A stretch of 63,029 bases of DNA, filler included, from Octopus bimaculoides (GCF_001194135.2; 6 parts of 5 records of this genome joined end to end with filler, not necessarily neighbours in it); one strand, 5' to 3'; positions 10,800 through 23,624 are shown, counted from the first letter of the whole stretch. Numbers and translations: made by a program. The notes: generated by a model from the letters alone, not told the origin.

Positions 10800-11870
10800 A
10801 TTTATTTTTTGTTCTTCGTATGTTAATTGTGTGTTTATGTGTGCATGTGGTGGTCAATGAGTGAGGGTGTGTATGCATGTGGGTAAATAAATATGTGTAA
10901 GTGCATATGTGTGTGTACATGTAAGTATGGTTCTCTGAGAGGGTGTGTATAAGTATGTGTGTGTGAGTGTGTGTATGATTACATATGTGTGTGTGTGTAG
11001 GTGTTTGGATGTGCAACTGTTGGGGGTCTGAATGTGTGTGGTGTAGGCGTGTGTGTGTGTGTGTAAGTGTATGTGTGTGTATGTGCATGGGGGCTAGTGT
11101 GAGTTTGTGCATGTGTAGTTATATGTGTTTGTGTGGATCTGTATGTACATGCGTGTGGGTGGGTAGGGTGTGTATATATGTATGTGTGCGTGAGTGCGTG
11201 TATGTTTGTATGTGTGTGTAGGTGTTTGGATGTGCAAGTGTTAGGTTTTGTGTGTGTTATGTGTGTGTATGTGTGTGCAAGAGCGCGTAGTTTTGTGTGT
11301 GAGTGTATGCATGTCAGTGCAAATATATGGTGGCTAGAATGTGTTTGTGTGTATGTGTGTAGATGTCTGTAAGTCTATGAGTATGTGTAGCTCTGTATGT
11401 ATGTATGTATGTATGTATGTATGTATGTATGTATGTGCGGTTCCGTGTATGTGCGGTTCCGTGTATTTGTGTGTATAAATGTTTATAAATATATGTATGT
11501 GTCTGAATGTGTATGTATATGAATGTAATTGTGTGTATGTAGGTTTGCGTATTTGTGTGTACGTGTACATGTATATATGTATGTGTGCCAGTACGTATAT
11601 TTGTGAATGTAAATGTGTACGTGTATATGTGTGTGCGTGTCCGTGTGTGTGTGAGTAGGTTTGTGTATAGGTTTGTGTATATATGGAAGTGTATGTATCT
11701 ATCAAGCCTTGTGTGTATATGTATATATATGTGAAGCTGTGCGTGTATACGTTTGTAAGTAGGTTTGTGTATATGTGTGTAAGTGAAGATTTATGTATGC
11801 GTCAAGGCTTGTGTATATGTGTGTATGTTAAAGTGTGTGTGTGTGTGTGTGCAAGTGTGTATAGGTGAGT
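10800..11870. repeat. Cryptic TG/TATG-rich low-complexity tract
   Basis: Degenerate (TG)n and (TATG)n throughout. Confidence 0.9.
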
Positions 11871-12214
11871 ATGTGTATTGTTTTTGTTTGATTTGATGAA
11901 TGAGATTTGGATAAGAGAAACAAGTGTATTCTCATTGCCAGCGGGTAAAGAAGCCATAACGATGCAATGGAAGCCTCGAACAATGCACCGCAGTGAAATA
12001 TAGCTGTCAAGTGTTGTGAGAATCCCCACAATATCCAATCAAAGTTTAGGTTTGCAGAGAGGAGGGGGATGGTTGTAGTTACAGTGGTGGGGATGAGGTG
12101 GGGGTGTGGCCAAATATATAAAACAAAAATATAATCAAAAGCAAAACCTAACAACAATACATATGATACAAGAGGAAATCACCGCAACCATTCCTCCAAC
12201 GAAAACTATAATTA

Positions 12215-12585
<371 letters not shown>

Positions 12586-12589
12586 TGAT

Positions 12590-13330
12590 CATCATTATTA
12601 TGCTGTTCATGTTATTGTGTTTTGACAATGTAATTATTTCTGCTACTTATCGAAGCTCAGCCAGTAAATTAGGATGCAAAGTAGATTTTGTTCCTTCTTT
12701 AAAAGTCCTTTAGTGCTGTTCATATCTGTTTTGTGTATCGAGGAATTTCTAGATAATTTTTGCTGAATCGAGAAAACAAGTTTTCTATACTGTATCTACT
12801 TTAAGATTAAAGATTTCTCTAAAAGATTAGCTCTTAAATATTTCGTTATAGTTCACAAGGTCCCATTCATAGTCAGCAGGATGATGACTGTTATCTTGTT
12901 TGCTCTAGTATTTGAATAATCCATCCAAGAATTTCCTTTAAAACTCTACATTTCCTTTTGCATTTTTATTAGCTCTGGTGTCAAATGGGCATGCCATGGT
13001 GATTACAGTACACACACTTCCTTCTTCATGTCAATCAGAATATTAGGCTCCGTATGTTCTTTCAGTTTGTATAAGCAAGTCCCATAACAACCTCAATTCA
13101 TCGTTTTCCAATACTTTAAATACTACTCCAGCAAAATGGTCACAGCACTTTTCCTTTCATGCAATTCTGAATCCCTTGCAAAAATTCCAGTAGATTATTG
13201 CAGCAGCCATTTTGTGCAGGCATATATTGTATTGAATCCGACCTCCGTCTGTAACCATCATGCGAAAATATGGCTTGTGAACTCATCTGTATATAATCAT
13301 ACATCCTACAATTATATGAGCAATCCCACT
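12590..13330 (-). mobile_element. R4/Dong-type LINE, C-terminal zinc-knuckle and restriction-like endonuclease remnant plus 3' end
   Basis: HKMAAAIIYWNFCKGF...KVLENDELRLLWDLLIQTERT...ILIDMKK...MACPFDTR, resembling the VLEN...LWDF.IQTD....RPD...D...ACPFD signature. Heavily degraded. Confidence 0.75.
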
Positions 13331-13553
13331 TTTTTTTCTCATTCTCTTGATCTAATTTATTGTCAGTGTCCTTAGGATCGGGAACAAGAGGTACATGGAG
13401 TGCAAGTGCACCCCTAAAATTTTGTGGGGCAAAAAATCTGGCTCAGCTGCTTTCTACTTTATACATCTTAAAATTTCTTTCGAATATTTACTATCGTGAT
13501 GTAGAAATCCTCTTACGGCTAAACAGTTTCACAGTAATTTATTTTATCCACTA

Positions 13554-14400
13554 TACGAGGTGCATTCCTGATGTTTTGAAACTTTTTAGGAGAGATAGTT
13601 ATAACTGTCCTAGATTAGTGAAATTTGACTATATCATTATTGCACATCTTATGTGGAGGCGCAATGGCCCAGTGGTTAGAGCAACGGACTCGGGGTCATA
13701 GGATTGCGGTTTCGATTACCAGACCGGGCGTTGTGAGTGTTTATTGAGCGAAAACACCTAAAGCTCCACGAGGCTCCAGCAGGGGATGGTGGCGAACCTT
13801 GCTGCACTCTTTCACCACAATTTTCTCTCACTCTTACTTCCTGTTTCTGTTGTGCCTGTAATTCAAAGGGTCAGCCTTGTCACACTGTGTCACGCTGAAT
13901 ATCCCCGAGAACTACGTTAAGGGTACACGTGTCTGTGGAGTGCTCAGCCACTTGCACGTTAATTTCATGAGCAGGCTGATCCGTTGATCGGATCAACTGG
14001 AACCCTCGACGTCTTAAGTGACGGAGTGCCAACACAAGTATTACACATCTTATAAGCTGACGTTCCAACTTTTGTTGTTCCAGATGAAAGGAGACTGCTG
14101 CAAAAGCTCTTTGAAGCTTGCGATGCAATAGGGTTTGCGTTTAAACTGGAAAAAACACTTCAGGAACATATGAAATGCTCTAGCCTGCTTGTGAATAACT
14201 TGTACAACCAGAACATCTGTTTTTTGTTGCACAAGATTCAAGGACGGTACAGAGGAGGTGAGAGCTGAGGAAATGGGTGGGCGGTCGAAGGACGTTAGAA
14301 CATCAGAGCTGGTTGGGAAAATTAGCAATTTTCTGGATGAAGATAGTCGTTTGTTCACAAAGACAATAAGCATTCAGTTTGGAGTTGGTGTGGCAACCGT
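13554..14400 (+). mobile_element. Mariner 5' end and N-terminal transposase remnant, interrupted by a SINE
   Basis: TA+CGAGG terminus. RFKDGTEEVRAEEMGGRSKDVRTSELVGKISNFLDEDSRLFTKTISIQFGVGVATV resembles the mariner HTH region. Confidence 0.75.
13653..14043 (+). mobile_element. SINE family B, full length, 10-bp TSD CACATCTTAT
   Basis: Near-identical to 10151-10540. TSD at 13643-13652 and 14044-14053. Confidence 0.92.
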
Positions 14401-14580
14401 ACTTACTCGTGTATAAATCACACTCATGTATAAATCGCACCCCTAAAGTGAAGTTAAATCTTGATACAATTTTCTTTCTCTTTATGGTTTTAACTTTGCC
14501 TCGTGAATAAATCGCATCCCAGTTTTGCAGTCTAAATTAAGTATGAAATATTGCAACTTAAAACACAATTAAATATCGTA
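14397..14580. mobile_element. pogo/Tigger-like MITE
   Basis: Ends CCGTACTTACTCGTGTATAAATC and GCAACTTAAAACACAATTAAATATCGTA are degenerate inverted repeats of the TACCGTATTTACTCGTGTATAA type. Confidence 0.55.
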
Positions 14581-14584
14581 GATT

Positions 14585-15107
14585 GTTTTCTCCTGCATTT
14601 GGTCCAACAGGATCATTTTTTCCATCGCATCATGATTATCAATTAAACGAGTTTTTTTTCAAACGGTGGCTTTGCACATATTGGTTGTTGCTTTCAACGT
14701 ATTTTCTCATTTTGGCAGCTTTATGCCTTTATTCCCTGCTTTCGCTCTTTGATTGATATCCAAATTCTTTTCTGCATAAATACATTTATTCCAATCTAAC
14801 TTTCTCTACCTTCATATATTTACTGCGCTTCCTCCGGTTTTTTCTATTTCTATCTTTCCTAAGCCCGCTAATCTTCATTAACACCTACCTTTTCCGCTAC
14901 GGTACGGGATGATACTTCCAATGTCCTTTCTTTTTACTGAACATTTCTGCAACTACTTTAACACTCGCTAATATCAATGTATTGGTATCTTTCATGTTTT
15001 CAAAGGTAATCTTATCAATCACACTATTCATTTTTGATGTTCAGCAATCTTCCACGTTCCTATCTTTTTCAATTGCTTTCTTAATGGCAGCATCTATCTG
15101 AGCCTTG

Positions 15108-15108
<1 letters not shown>
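14585..15108 (-). mobile_element. R4/Dong-type LINE, pre-RT N-terminal remnant abutting a (TAA)n array
   Basis: KMNSVIDKITFENMKDTNTLILASVKVVAEMFSKKKG...P*RKR...ISGLRKD and KAAKMRKYVESNNQYVQSHRL resemble the R4/Dong ORF N-terminal half. Its upstream end abuts (ATT)n at 15109-15179. Confidence 0.65.
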
Positions 15109-15179
<71 letters not shown>

Positions 15180-15180
15180 C

Positions 15181-16035
15181 AAGGCGACGAGCAGGCAGAA
15201 TCGTTAACACGCTGGGCAAGATGCTTAGCGGCATTTCGCCCGTCGCTATGTTCAGAGTTCAAATTCCACCGAGGTTGACTTTACCTTTTATCCTTTCAGG
15301 GTCGATAANNNNNNNNNNNNNNNNNNNNNNNNNNNNNNNNNNNNNNNNNNNNNNNNNNNNNNNNNNNNNNNNNNNNNNNNNNNNNNNNNNNNNNNNNNNN
15401 NNNNNNNNNNNNNNNNNNNNNNNNNNNNNNNNNNNNNNNNNNNNNNNNNNNNNNNNNNNNNNNNNNNNNNNNNNNNNNNNNNNNNNNNNNNNNNNNNNNN
15501 NNNNNNNNNNNNNNNNNNNNNNNNNNNNNNNNNNNNNNNNNNNNNNNNNNNNNNNNNNNNNNNNNNNNNNNNNNNNNNNNNNNNNNNNNNNNNNNNNNNN
15601 NNNNNNNNNNNNNNNNNNNNNNNNNNNNNNNNNNNNNNNNNNNNNNNNNNNNNNNNNNNNNNNNNNNNNNNNNNNNNNNNNNNNNNNNNNNNNNNNNNNN
15701 NNNNNNNNNNNNNNNNNNNNNNNNNNNNNNNNNNNNNNNNNNNNNNNNNNNNNNNNNNNNNNNNNNNNNNNNNNNNNNNNNNNNNNNNNNNNNNNNNNNN
15801 NNNNNNNNNNNNNNNNNNNNNNNNNNNNNNNNNNNNNNNNNNNNNNNNNNNNNNNNNNNNNNNNNNNNNNNNNNNNNNNNNNNNNNNNNNNNNNNNNNNN
15901 NNNNNNNNNNNNNNNNNNNNNNNNNNNNNNNNTACCAGTTACGCACTGGGGTCGATATAATCGACTTAATGGGTTTGTCTGTCCTTGTTTGTTCCCTCTG
16001 TGTGTAGCCCCTTGTGGGCAGTAAAAAAAAAAAAG
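15181..16035 (+). mobile_element. SINE family A split by an N gap
   Basis: Head at 15181-15308 and tail TACCAGTTACGCACTGGGGTCGATATAATCG...CCCCTTGTGGGCAGTAAAA at 15933-16035. Confidence 0.88.
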
Positions 16036-16749
16036 AATAAAAAAAAAGAATTATAACTCCCTAAGGAGGACAGGCCACTATACCCGGATGTCTATAACAG
16101 AAAAAAAAGTAGTTTGCTTCAAAAACTTCTAAAATTTTATTTACGCACATTATATTGTCCGCATCCAAAATAGCTATTGCACCAAAACACCACAATGTCT
16201 GAAAAATAAAAAAATAAAAAAATAAACAGAAACAAAAAACACGTAACTAAATTTGATACTTGAGGAAGGAGAAAATAAAGAGTATAATTCATTTTCTTCT
16301 TCCTTTGGTATAAATAATCAAATAGTAATTTGGAAGAACAGCACAGCGACAGTAACAGCAACCATGGTTGTATCGACTCTTATACAGTTCCAAATATTGC
16401 CGTCCGTTCATAGAAAAATATTTGTGTAAACAAACTTTCCTTCAATACAAAATTACAAAATGATCAGATGGAATTTTCTGACTTATCAAAGTTACTAGAA
16501 AAATAATGTAGTTGAGCATATTTTGTGAAGACAAATAGCATTTGTTTGACAATGGAGAAAATCCAGAAGGTAAAGAGAAAAGTTATATGACTTTTTCGTA
16601 TGTGTATTTCGTGTGCAAGATTCTTGATGTCGATACGTGTGTTGAAAGAAATACTATTAAACCTTGGTAGAGGCATTATGCCGGTAATAAACACACGCAC
16701 TGGTTCGGTCCTTTAGTTATTTATAAATAACATTTAGTTTTTTTTTTTT

Positions 16750-16790
16750 GTTAAATGATTTCATTGCACTCTTGCAATCTCTTCAGTAAC
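16750..16790 (-). ncRNA. Minimal type-I hammerhead ribozyme motif (Penelope/retrozyme type)
   Basis: Minus strand reads GTTA-CTGAAGA-G-ATTGCA-AGAG-TGCAAT-GAAA-TCA-TT-TAAC. All core nucleotides are present, with a 6-bp stem II, 4-bp stem I, minimal stem III and an AUU triplet. Confidence 0.7.
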
Positions 16791-16960
16791 CCGTCTCTCC
16801 ACTTCCATTTATTTTGAATGCATGATTCAGCATTGTTTTGAAATTGTCCGGTGTGAGCATGTGAGTGTGTGCACGCTCGTATGTGTACATGCTCGTATAT
16901 GTGCACGCTCGTATGTGTGCACGCTCGTATGTGTGTATGTGTGTGTGTGTCTGCGTATCC

Positions 16961-17140
16961 ACCAGCGCTTGAAAACCGGTGTTAGAAACTTAGAGATTCT
17001 GCAAAAGAGACCGATAGAATGGTGATTAGGCTTAAAACATAAGTACTGGGGTTGATTCAATCGACTGAGAATTTAAGGCGGTGCCCCAGCATGACCGCAG
17101 TCTAATGCTGAAATAAGTAAAAGATAAATGATAAAAGATA
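16961..17140 (+). mobile_element. SINE family C, 3' half
   Basis: CAAAAGAGACCGATAGAAT...AAGTACTGGGGTTGATTCAATCGAC...CCAGCATGACCGCAGTC...AAGTAAAAGATAAA. Confidence 0.85.
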
Positions 17141-17249
17141 CAAAGGCTCTTGTCATCATTTTATCATGACATTCTGTAGTTCCAATTTCAGATTAGATTT
17201 TAGCTGTCTCACGATTTCACTTCTACTTTCATTATTTTCTTGATAGCTA

Positions 17250-17870
17250 TCTATTATTGCAACCGCTGTTTTGTATTTCTTGGCCTTTCTTTCTCGTTTT
17301 AAGATATAAAATAGTTTTCTGTTTGTTTGTATGTCTTATCTATTTGCATTAATGACCTATAATTCTGTACTAGATATGTTTGTAGTTCTACAGTGGATAT
17401 ATTGTAACAACTTTATACGCTTTTATACTCCTTTCTAAGTTTCGTTTATGTATTGTACACTTTCTAGACCTTTGATTTCTAAATATTTGTATGTCTGCGC
17501 TTGATCTAATTCTCTGATTTCGGTTTCTTTAAGCTGTATGATATTATTGTTCTTAATTTTGTTTTCTCCAAGTATACTTTGAACATTTTCTATACCGTAT
17601 CACTTATTTCTTTCGTAAATGTGTGTACTATCTGCAGTAATGTTTCGAGTTGTTTTGTCGTTTCTAGCGTACAAGTTGATATCATCCATATACAAAAGCT
17701 TGTTGATTGTTTTACCATAGCATTTGTATTCAAATCCACTTCTATAAAATATGTCAGTTAAAGCCATCAATGCCAGGAAGAAAAGGTGTGGACAGAGGGT
17801 TTCCTTTGGTATAATTGAGTTGGGTTTACTTTTCATAAATACCTCTTTTTTCTGAAACTGCAAAAATGAC
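17250..17870 (-). mobile_element. R4/Dong-type LINE reverse transcriptase remnant
   Basis: LCPHLFFLALMALTDIFYRSGFEYKCYGKTINKLLYMDDINLYARND carries the YMDD catalytic motif, and downstream frames give YKYLEIKG and R..LIANR-like segments. Confidence 0.82.
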
Positions 17871-18457
17871 TGTCATTCTGCCTTTTACACCTGAAAGGCT
17901 TCATGGTTACGGAGCATCTCCATTCAAACAATCACAAGTCATCTATCTCTCAATTTCCCCCCAATAATATTGAATCCAGAGCTTTTATCCTAACGCTAGT
18001 TACTAGTCCAATCATTCCTTACCAGAATGCCAGCTCCTTGCTGTTCCCTTCCTGAATATAGTTTTTCCTGCAGCCACCAACTAGTAAATATTCTGGAGGA
18101 GCCTTATCGGTGTCGGTCTCACAGATCTCTGTTCAAATAATTGACAGGATTTTAAAGTTTCGATTGTTTGAATGTTCGTGGTCTGTATAGGGTTGTTAGT
18201 AGTGTTATCTACACAATGACATATAATACCGCGTGATATACTGCTGCTTGGTCGCTTGGATTGTGTGGAGTGCATGTAATATTTACGAAGGATCTACTTT
18301 TGCGGTAATTGCTATCTTCAAGAACTGGGATGGCAGGTCAATGGTTGTAGGATTGAGTAGCAGTTAATTCTTGGGAAGGATCGAGCATATTTCTTCAAGT
18401 GCATGAAAACAATTTTGGGTATATCTCCCATGTTAGCATTTTTCTTTCATTTTTTTT

Positions 18458-18815
18458 CTGTGGCCATGCTGGAGTACCGTCTTGAACGTCTTTTTTTAGT
18501 CGAATAAGTCGACCCCAAGACTTATTCTTTGTAATCCTAGTACTTATTCTATCGATCTCTTAAACTGAACTGCTAATTTACGGGGACGTAAACTCACCGA
18601 CATAGGTTTTCAAGCGATAGAGGAGGGACCAAGCACAGACACAAAGACACGCACACACACACATATTTATACGATGGGCTTCTTTCAGTTTCCACTTCCA
18701 AGGCCTTAGTCGGCCCGAAGCTATAGTAGGAGACACTTGCTCAAGATGCCACGCAGTGGGAATGAACCCAGAACCATGTGTTTGGGAAGCAAGCTACTTA
18801 CCACACAGCCAAGCC
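18458..18815 (-). mobile_element. SINE family C
   Basis: tRNA-like head GGCTGTGTGGTAAGTAGCTTGC...GGTTCATTCCCACTGCG, CORE-like TTGAGCAAGTG, internal (CA) tract and 3' module. Confidence 0.88.
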
Positions 18816-18859
18816 TCAGCATTAGCAAGAAACTTGTTCGGTATTTTAGATGCATATCG

Positions 18860-19135
18860 GGGCCGTGTTGGACTAACGCTTAAGAGTGAAGAGAAAAAGC
18901 AGTCCTTAACTGGGCTAAATCGGCTCCATGAGAATCAGGTCCATGTTGTCTAGTGGCAGTCTTGTTTTCCACTAGAGTGATAGTCCAGTTAAGGTGTTTG
19001 GTGTCTGGTTCATTTCAAATCTCTAGGTGGGGAAGAACTTGGACTAAGTTACAAACAGATTGACCAATGTCCCCCAGAAGAAGACCGAGAGGCTGCTGCC
19101 TCTGAAAAGGTCGAGTATAATTGTCAAATGCCAAC
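18860..19135 (+). mobile_element. L1/Tx1-type LINE fragment (region after RT)
   Basis: GSMRIRSMLSS...DSPVKVFGVWFISNL*VGKNLD*VTNRL...KKTERLLPLK resembles the Tx1 GP.K.LGVWF...KNW..V...W..R.LSLKG segment. Confidence 0.6.
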
Positions 19136-20129
19136 GTCACCTCTATAATATATTGTCATCTAATATTCATTCTTGTGTATTGCCTTTGTTTTCATCTGAT
19201 TAGTTTGGAACATCTGTGTTATTCATTTGAAAGGACGGGTTTGTGTTCCATCGTTTAGAAAGCCAACATATGCAGTAAGCTTTCAATGTGGGCTCGCTAT
19301 GACACAGCTGATAATGTACAGGCAGATGCTTAGGTTGCGTTTTAGCTTGCATATTAGCTCATTGCGAACCAAGATCTTATAGACCCTGTCATCTTAACAA
19401 ACACGCAGCCCTGGGCCAGGCAAACACAAATAACGAAGCTCTTACGTCTGGAATATTGTCAAACAACTCATAATCCTCTACCATCGAACATGTTGTCAAT
19501 GGGATTTCTACACTAGAAATCTAAATAGGATGAGTGGTGAGCATGAGTGACGATGTTCTCTGGAGGCGGGCGTCAACGAAGTCCAGTTAAATATTTATGG
19601 ATAGTTTCCTTGAGTAATCCAAACAACGGTATTGGTTGGATGCGTCACGATCGATGTATTATTTCACTAGTTTTATACCTGTTTAACACTTTACCTGGAA
19701 ATTGTAGATTATACGCTATGATGCATACAATGAATGCTATTGAAACAGCTGCCGTAAATTTTAAGCCCCATTTGTGTTCTCTTCACATACACACATACAT
19801 ATATACATACATACATATATACATTCATTCATACATGCACGCATACATACACATACGCACACACATACATACACATAACGAGATAAAATTACAAAATCGA
19901 AAGCAAAAAATGTCTTTAGAATGTTTTAGGCTGGTTATTAATCTAACTCTCTGAATGTCCAGAACTTGGTGGTATGCGACAACGAAGTGGAGTGAACACA
20001 CGAGAAGATTGATGTATTTCGGGGCTGGTCAAATTGCAACAAACAACAAAAACACAACAAGAATAATAAAGAGAAATCAACCGCACTATAAAGTGGCAAA
20101 CGGTGACTGAGAGGATGCCAGCCATGGTA

Positions 20130-20167
20130 GTGTTGATGATGATAATGATGGACTTGATGATGATGAA

Positions 20168-20204
<37 letters not shown>

Positions 20205-20300
20205 GTGATGATGGTGATGATGGTGAAGTGGGGGGGCGGAGGAGCAAGGTCGGAGAAGTGTAAAAAGAATACTTATTTTTTCTTCATTAACACCATGTTC

Positions 20301-20341
<41 letters not shown>

Positions 20342-20573
20342 ATCGCCGTCTTCGTCATCGTAATTCATACCATCATAATCATCGTCATCGTCGTCGCTGT
20401 CGTTGTTATCTGCTGCTGCTGCTGATGATGATGATGATTATGATTATGATGATTTCGAGAATCCTAATGAGGAGTATAACCCATGTTGATAATCATATGA
20501 TATTAGGGCTACTCTTAATTTTGCCAATGATGAAGACGGCGACGACGACGACAGTGATGATGACGATGATGAC

Positions 20574-20614
<41 letters not shown>

Positions 20615-20620
20615 CGACGG

Positions 20621-20671
<51 letters not shown>

Positions 20672-21410
20672 NNNNNNNNNNNNNNNNNNNNNNNNNNNNN
20701 NNNNNNNNNNNNNNNNNNNNNNNNNNNNNNNNNNNNNNNNNNNNNNNNNNNNNNNNNNNNNNNNNNNNNNNNNNNNNNNNNNNNNNNNNNNNNNNNNNNN
20801 NNNNNNNNNNNNNNNNNNNNNNNNNNNNNNNNNNNNNNNNNNNNNNNNNNNNNNNNNNNNNNNNNNNNNNNNNNNNNNNNNNNNNNNNNNNNNNNNNNNN
20901 NNNNNNNNNNNNNNNNNNNNNNNNNNNNNNNNNNNNNNNNNNNNNNNNNNNNNNNNNNNNNNNNNNNNNNNNNNNNNNNNNNNNNNNNNNNNNNNNNNNN
21001 NNNNNNNNNNNNNNNNNNNNNNNNNNNNNNNNNNNNNNNNNNNNNNNNNNNNNNNNNNNNNNNNNNNNNNNNNNNNNNNNNNNNNNNNNNNNGAAGAAGA
21101 AAAGGAAGAAGAAGAAGAAAAGGAAGAAGAAGAAGAAGAAGAAGAAAAAAAGGAAGAAGAAGAAGAAGAAGAAGAAGAAGAAGAAGAAGAAGAAGAAGAT
21201 GGGGACAACACTAGCGTTGTCACCAATACTGCTTATAACGGTGATGGTGATGATGATGATGACGATTACTACGATTATCATGGCAACTCCTACCACCACC
21301 ACCACCACCGCCACTATCAGTACAACCACTACTACTACTACTACTACTACTATGGCGACAATGATGATGATGATGATGATGACTACGACAACGACGACGA
21401 CGACGATGTC
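20130..21410. repeat. Long compound trinucleotide field (GAT/ATC/GAC/GAA/CCA/CTA) spanning a gap
   Basis: Directly visible. Explains the poly-M/K/S/F ORFs. Confidence 0.95.
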
Positions 21411-22001
21411 GACGATAAGGAGACTGCATGATGATAAACGAGTGAAAGATAGATTTCCATGATTAGTCATTAGAGTTCTGTGCATGCATGCATGTGTGTG
21501 CAGTCGCATGTGTACTAATGTGTGCAGCACGCATGCGTGTTCGTTGGTGTGTATCAGTGAACTGGTGTTTTCGTTGGTATTTCTGTGCTACAGTCTGCTA
21601 GTGTACGTGTGTTTATGTGTATGTATGTATGTGTTTGTGTGTGTATGTTTGTGTGTGTGTGTGTGATTGTGTGTCATTTTATGAGAAATATTACATAATA
21701 TAAAAAGTGACATTTATTTACTGGGGCTCTCGATTTCGGTTTGATTTTCAAGTAAAATAGCCATAGTTAGTCATCGATAAAATGTCACGTTAGTGGGTGA
21801 CCAATCAGTATAATGATATAATGAAGACTCACCACACACACACACACACACACAGACACACACAGACACACACAGACACACATACACAGGGACACACTTT
21901 CACACCCAAACATAGAGTCAAGCACACTTACATACAGAGTCAGATGTATGTACACTCAGAAACACACAGACTTCCTACGTGTGTGTATGGATTTGTTTCT
22001 C

Positions 22002-22055
<54 letters not shown>

Positions 22056-22504
22056 TTTGTGTGTGTTTGGGAGTACCAATACAAAGTAGTCAATACTGTA
22101 ATATTTCAGTTTTGCTTTATTCGGTTGTAAANNNNNNNNNNNNNNNNNNNNNNNNNNNNNNNNNNNNNNNNNNNNNNNNNNNNNNNNNNNNNNNNNNNNN
22201 NNNNNNNNNNNNNNNNNNNNNNNNNNNNNNNNNNNNNNNNNNNNNNNNNNNNNNNNNNNNNNNNNNNNNNNNNNNNNNNNNNNNNNNNNNNNNNNNNNNN
22301 NNNNNNNNNNNNNNNNNNNNNNNNNNNNNNNNNNNNNNNNNNNNNNNNNNNNNNNNNNNNNNNNNNNNNNNNNNNNNNNNNNNNNNNNNNNNNNNNNNNN
22401 NNNNNNNNNNNNNNNNNNNNNNNNNNNNNNNNNNNNNNNNNNNNNNTATATATATATATATATATAGATCGATAGATTGATAGATAGATAGATAGATAGA
22501 TAGG

Positions 22505-22545
<41 letters not shown>

Positions 22546-22639
22546 GAGTGAGTGGACAAGCGAAAGAAAGGCACGCAACAAATTGGGAATTACATGTATG
22601 GATGAAAACAGTTTGATTCAAATTCGTTGTTACTCTTGA

Positions 22640-23580
22640 GTTGGTGAGCTACTCCTTCTTAGACGACATCGCATTTAACATCGCACGCATCAAGTCTTAA
22701 AAAATGCACCCACACCACCCTGAGCCCCAGCCTGCAACTTTCGAAACCCTACCGTGTGCCCTGTAAAAGGATCTTGCCTCCCAAGTTCCGTAGTATACAG
22801 AGCCACCTTTTCATCATCCGCTGGCATTACTAGGCACTATACGGGTATGACAGCAAATAACTTCAAGGGAAGAGACTCCCAGAATATACACTCGTTCAGA
22901 TCCAGGGACAGAGAGAACTCTACTTCCTTGTCTCGTTTTCTCTGGAGAATCCGTTATCTCCGAGATGAAATACCCAGCATCAAGTGGACTATTGTCGACA
23001 GAGCGCCACCATATTCACCCGGTGACCCCAACTACCAGCTCTGCTTCCTCGAAAGCCTGCATATTCTCCAACAAACCGCAGTATCCATCAATAGGAAATA
23101 CGATTTATCGCATTGCTGTCACCAGAAATATGCCCTTCTAGCAAATTCCAGGCCTCTGACTGCCGACAAACCGGATATACCACCTTAGCACAAGCTGCTA
23201 CTCTGCACCATTTGCACCAAGTTCACCGCTACCAAACGACCCCATGAGCAGGACTACCAGTTACCAATCCCCAACGTTCACCGACCCCTAACGCATACCA
23301 ATCCACAACGCTTATCAATCCCTAACGCTTTTTTTGCGCATCTATGCTCACGCATGCGTGCGTGCGAATGCACATGTGCACGCGCATGCGAGCGTGCCTA
23401 CACACCCCATATAGAACTATATACTTGCACATGCAGCCCCTCCATACTCCCATCAACAACATGACCGATTTCCTACTCGTCGCGTGGTCTATTTCCAGTC
23501 CTCCACGCGACTAATTTCCTGTCCTCCACGCGACTAATTTCCTGGTCACCATTCGGTATTTTCCAATTGACCGTCACCCA
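22640..23580 (+). mobile_element. Penelope-like element, GIY-YIG endonuclease region and 3' non-coding part
   Basis: VSYSFLDDIAFNI.../ACNFRNPTVCPVKGSCLPSSVVYRATF...HYTGMTANNFKGR...H.FR...STSLSRFLW...IKWTIVDRAPPY...QLCFLESLHIL...NRK.DL...CCHQKY is the PLE GIY-YIG pattern. Confidence 0.88.
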
Positions 23581-23624
23581 TATACCAACATCAAACCACG
23601 ACACACCGTGACCTTCCTCGACCA

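Noticed and set aside
19190-19740. Weak resemblance of minus-strand frames to a Mutator-type transposase
   Set aside because: Too many stops and frameshifts, and no diagnostic motif I can stand behind.
20103-21530. Long ORFs (up to 345 aa) of poly-M, K, S, F, I and similar ORFs elsewhere
   Set aside because: They are translations of microsatellites and N gaps.
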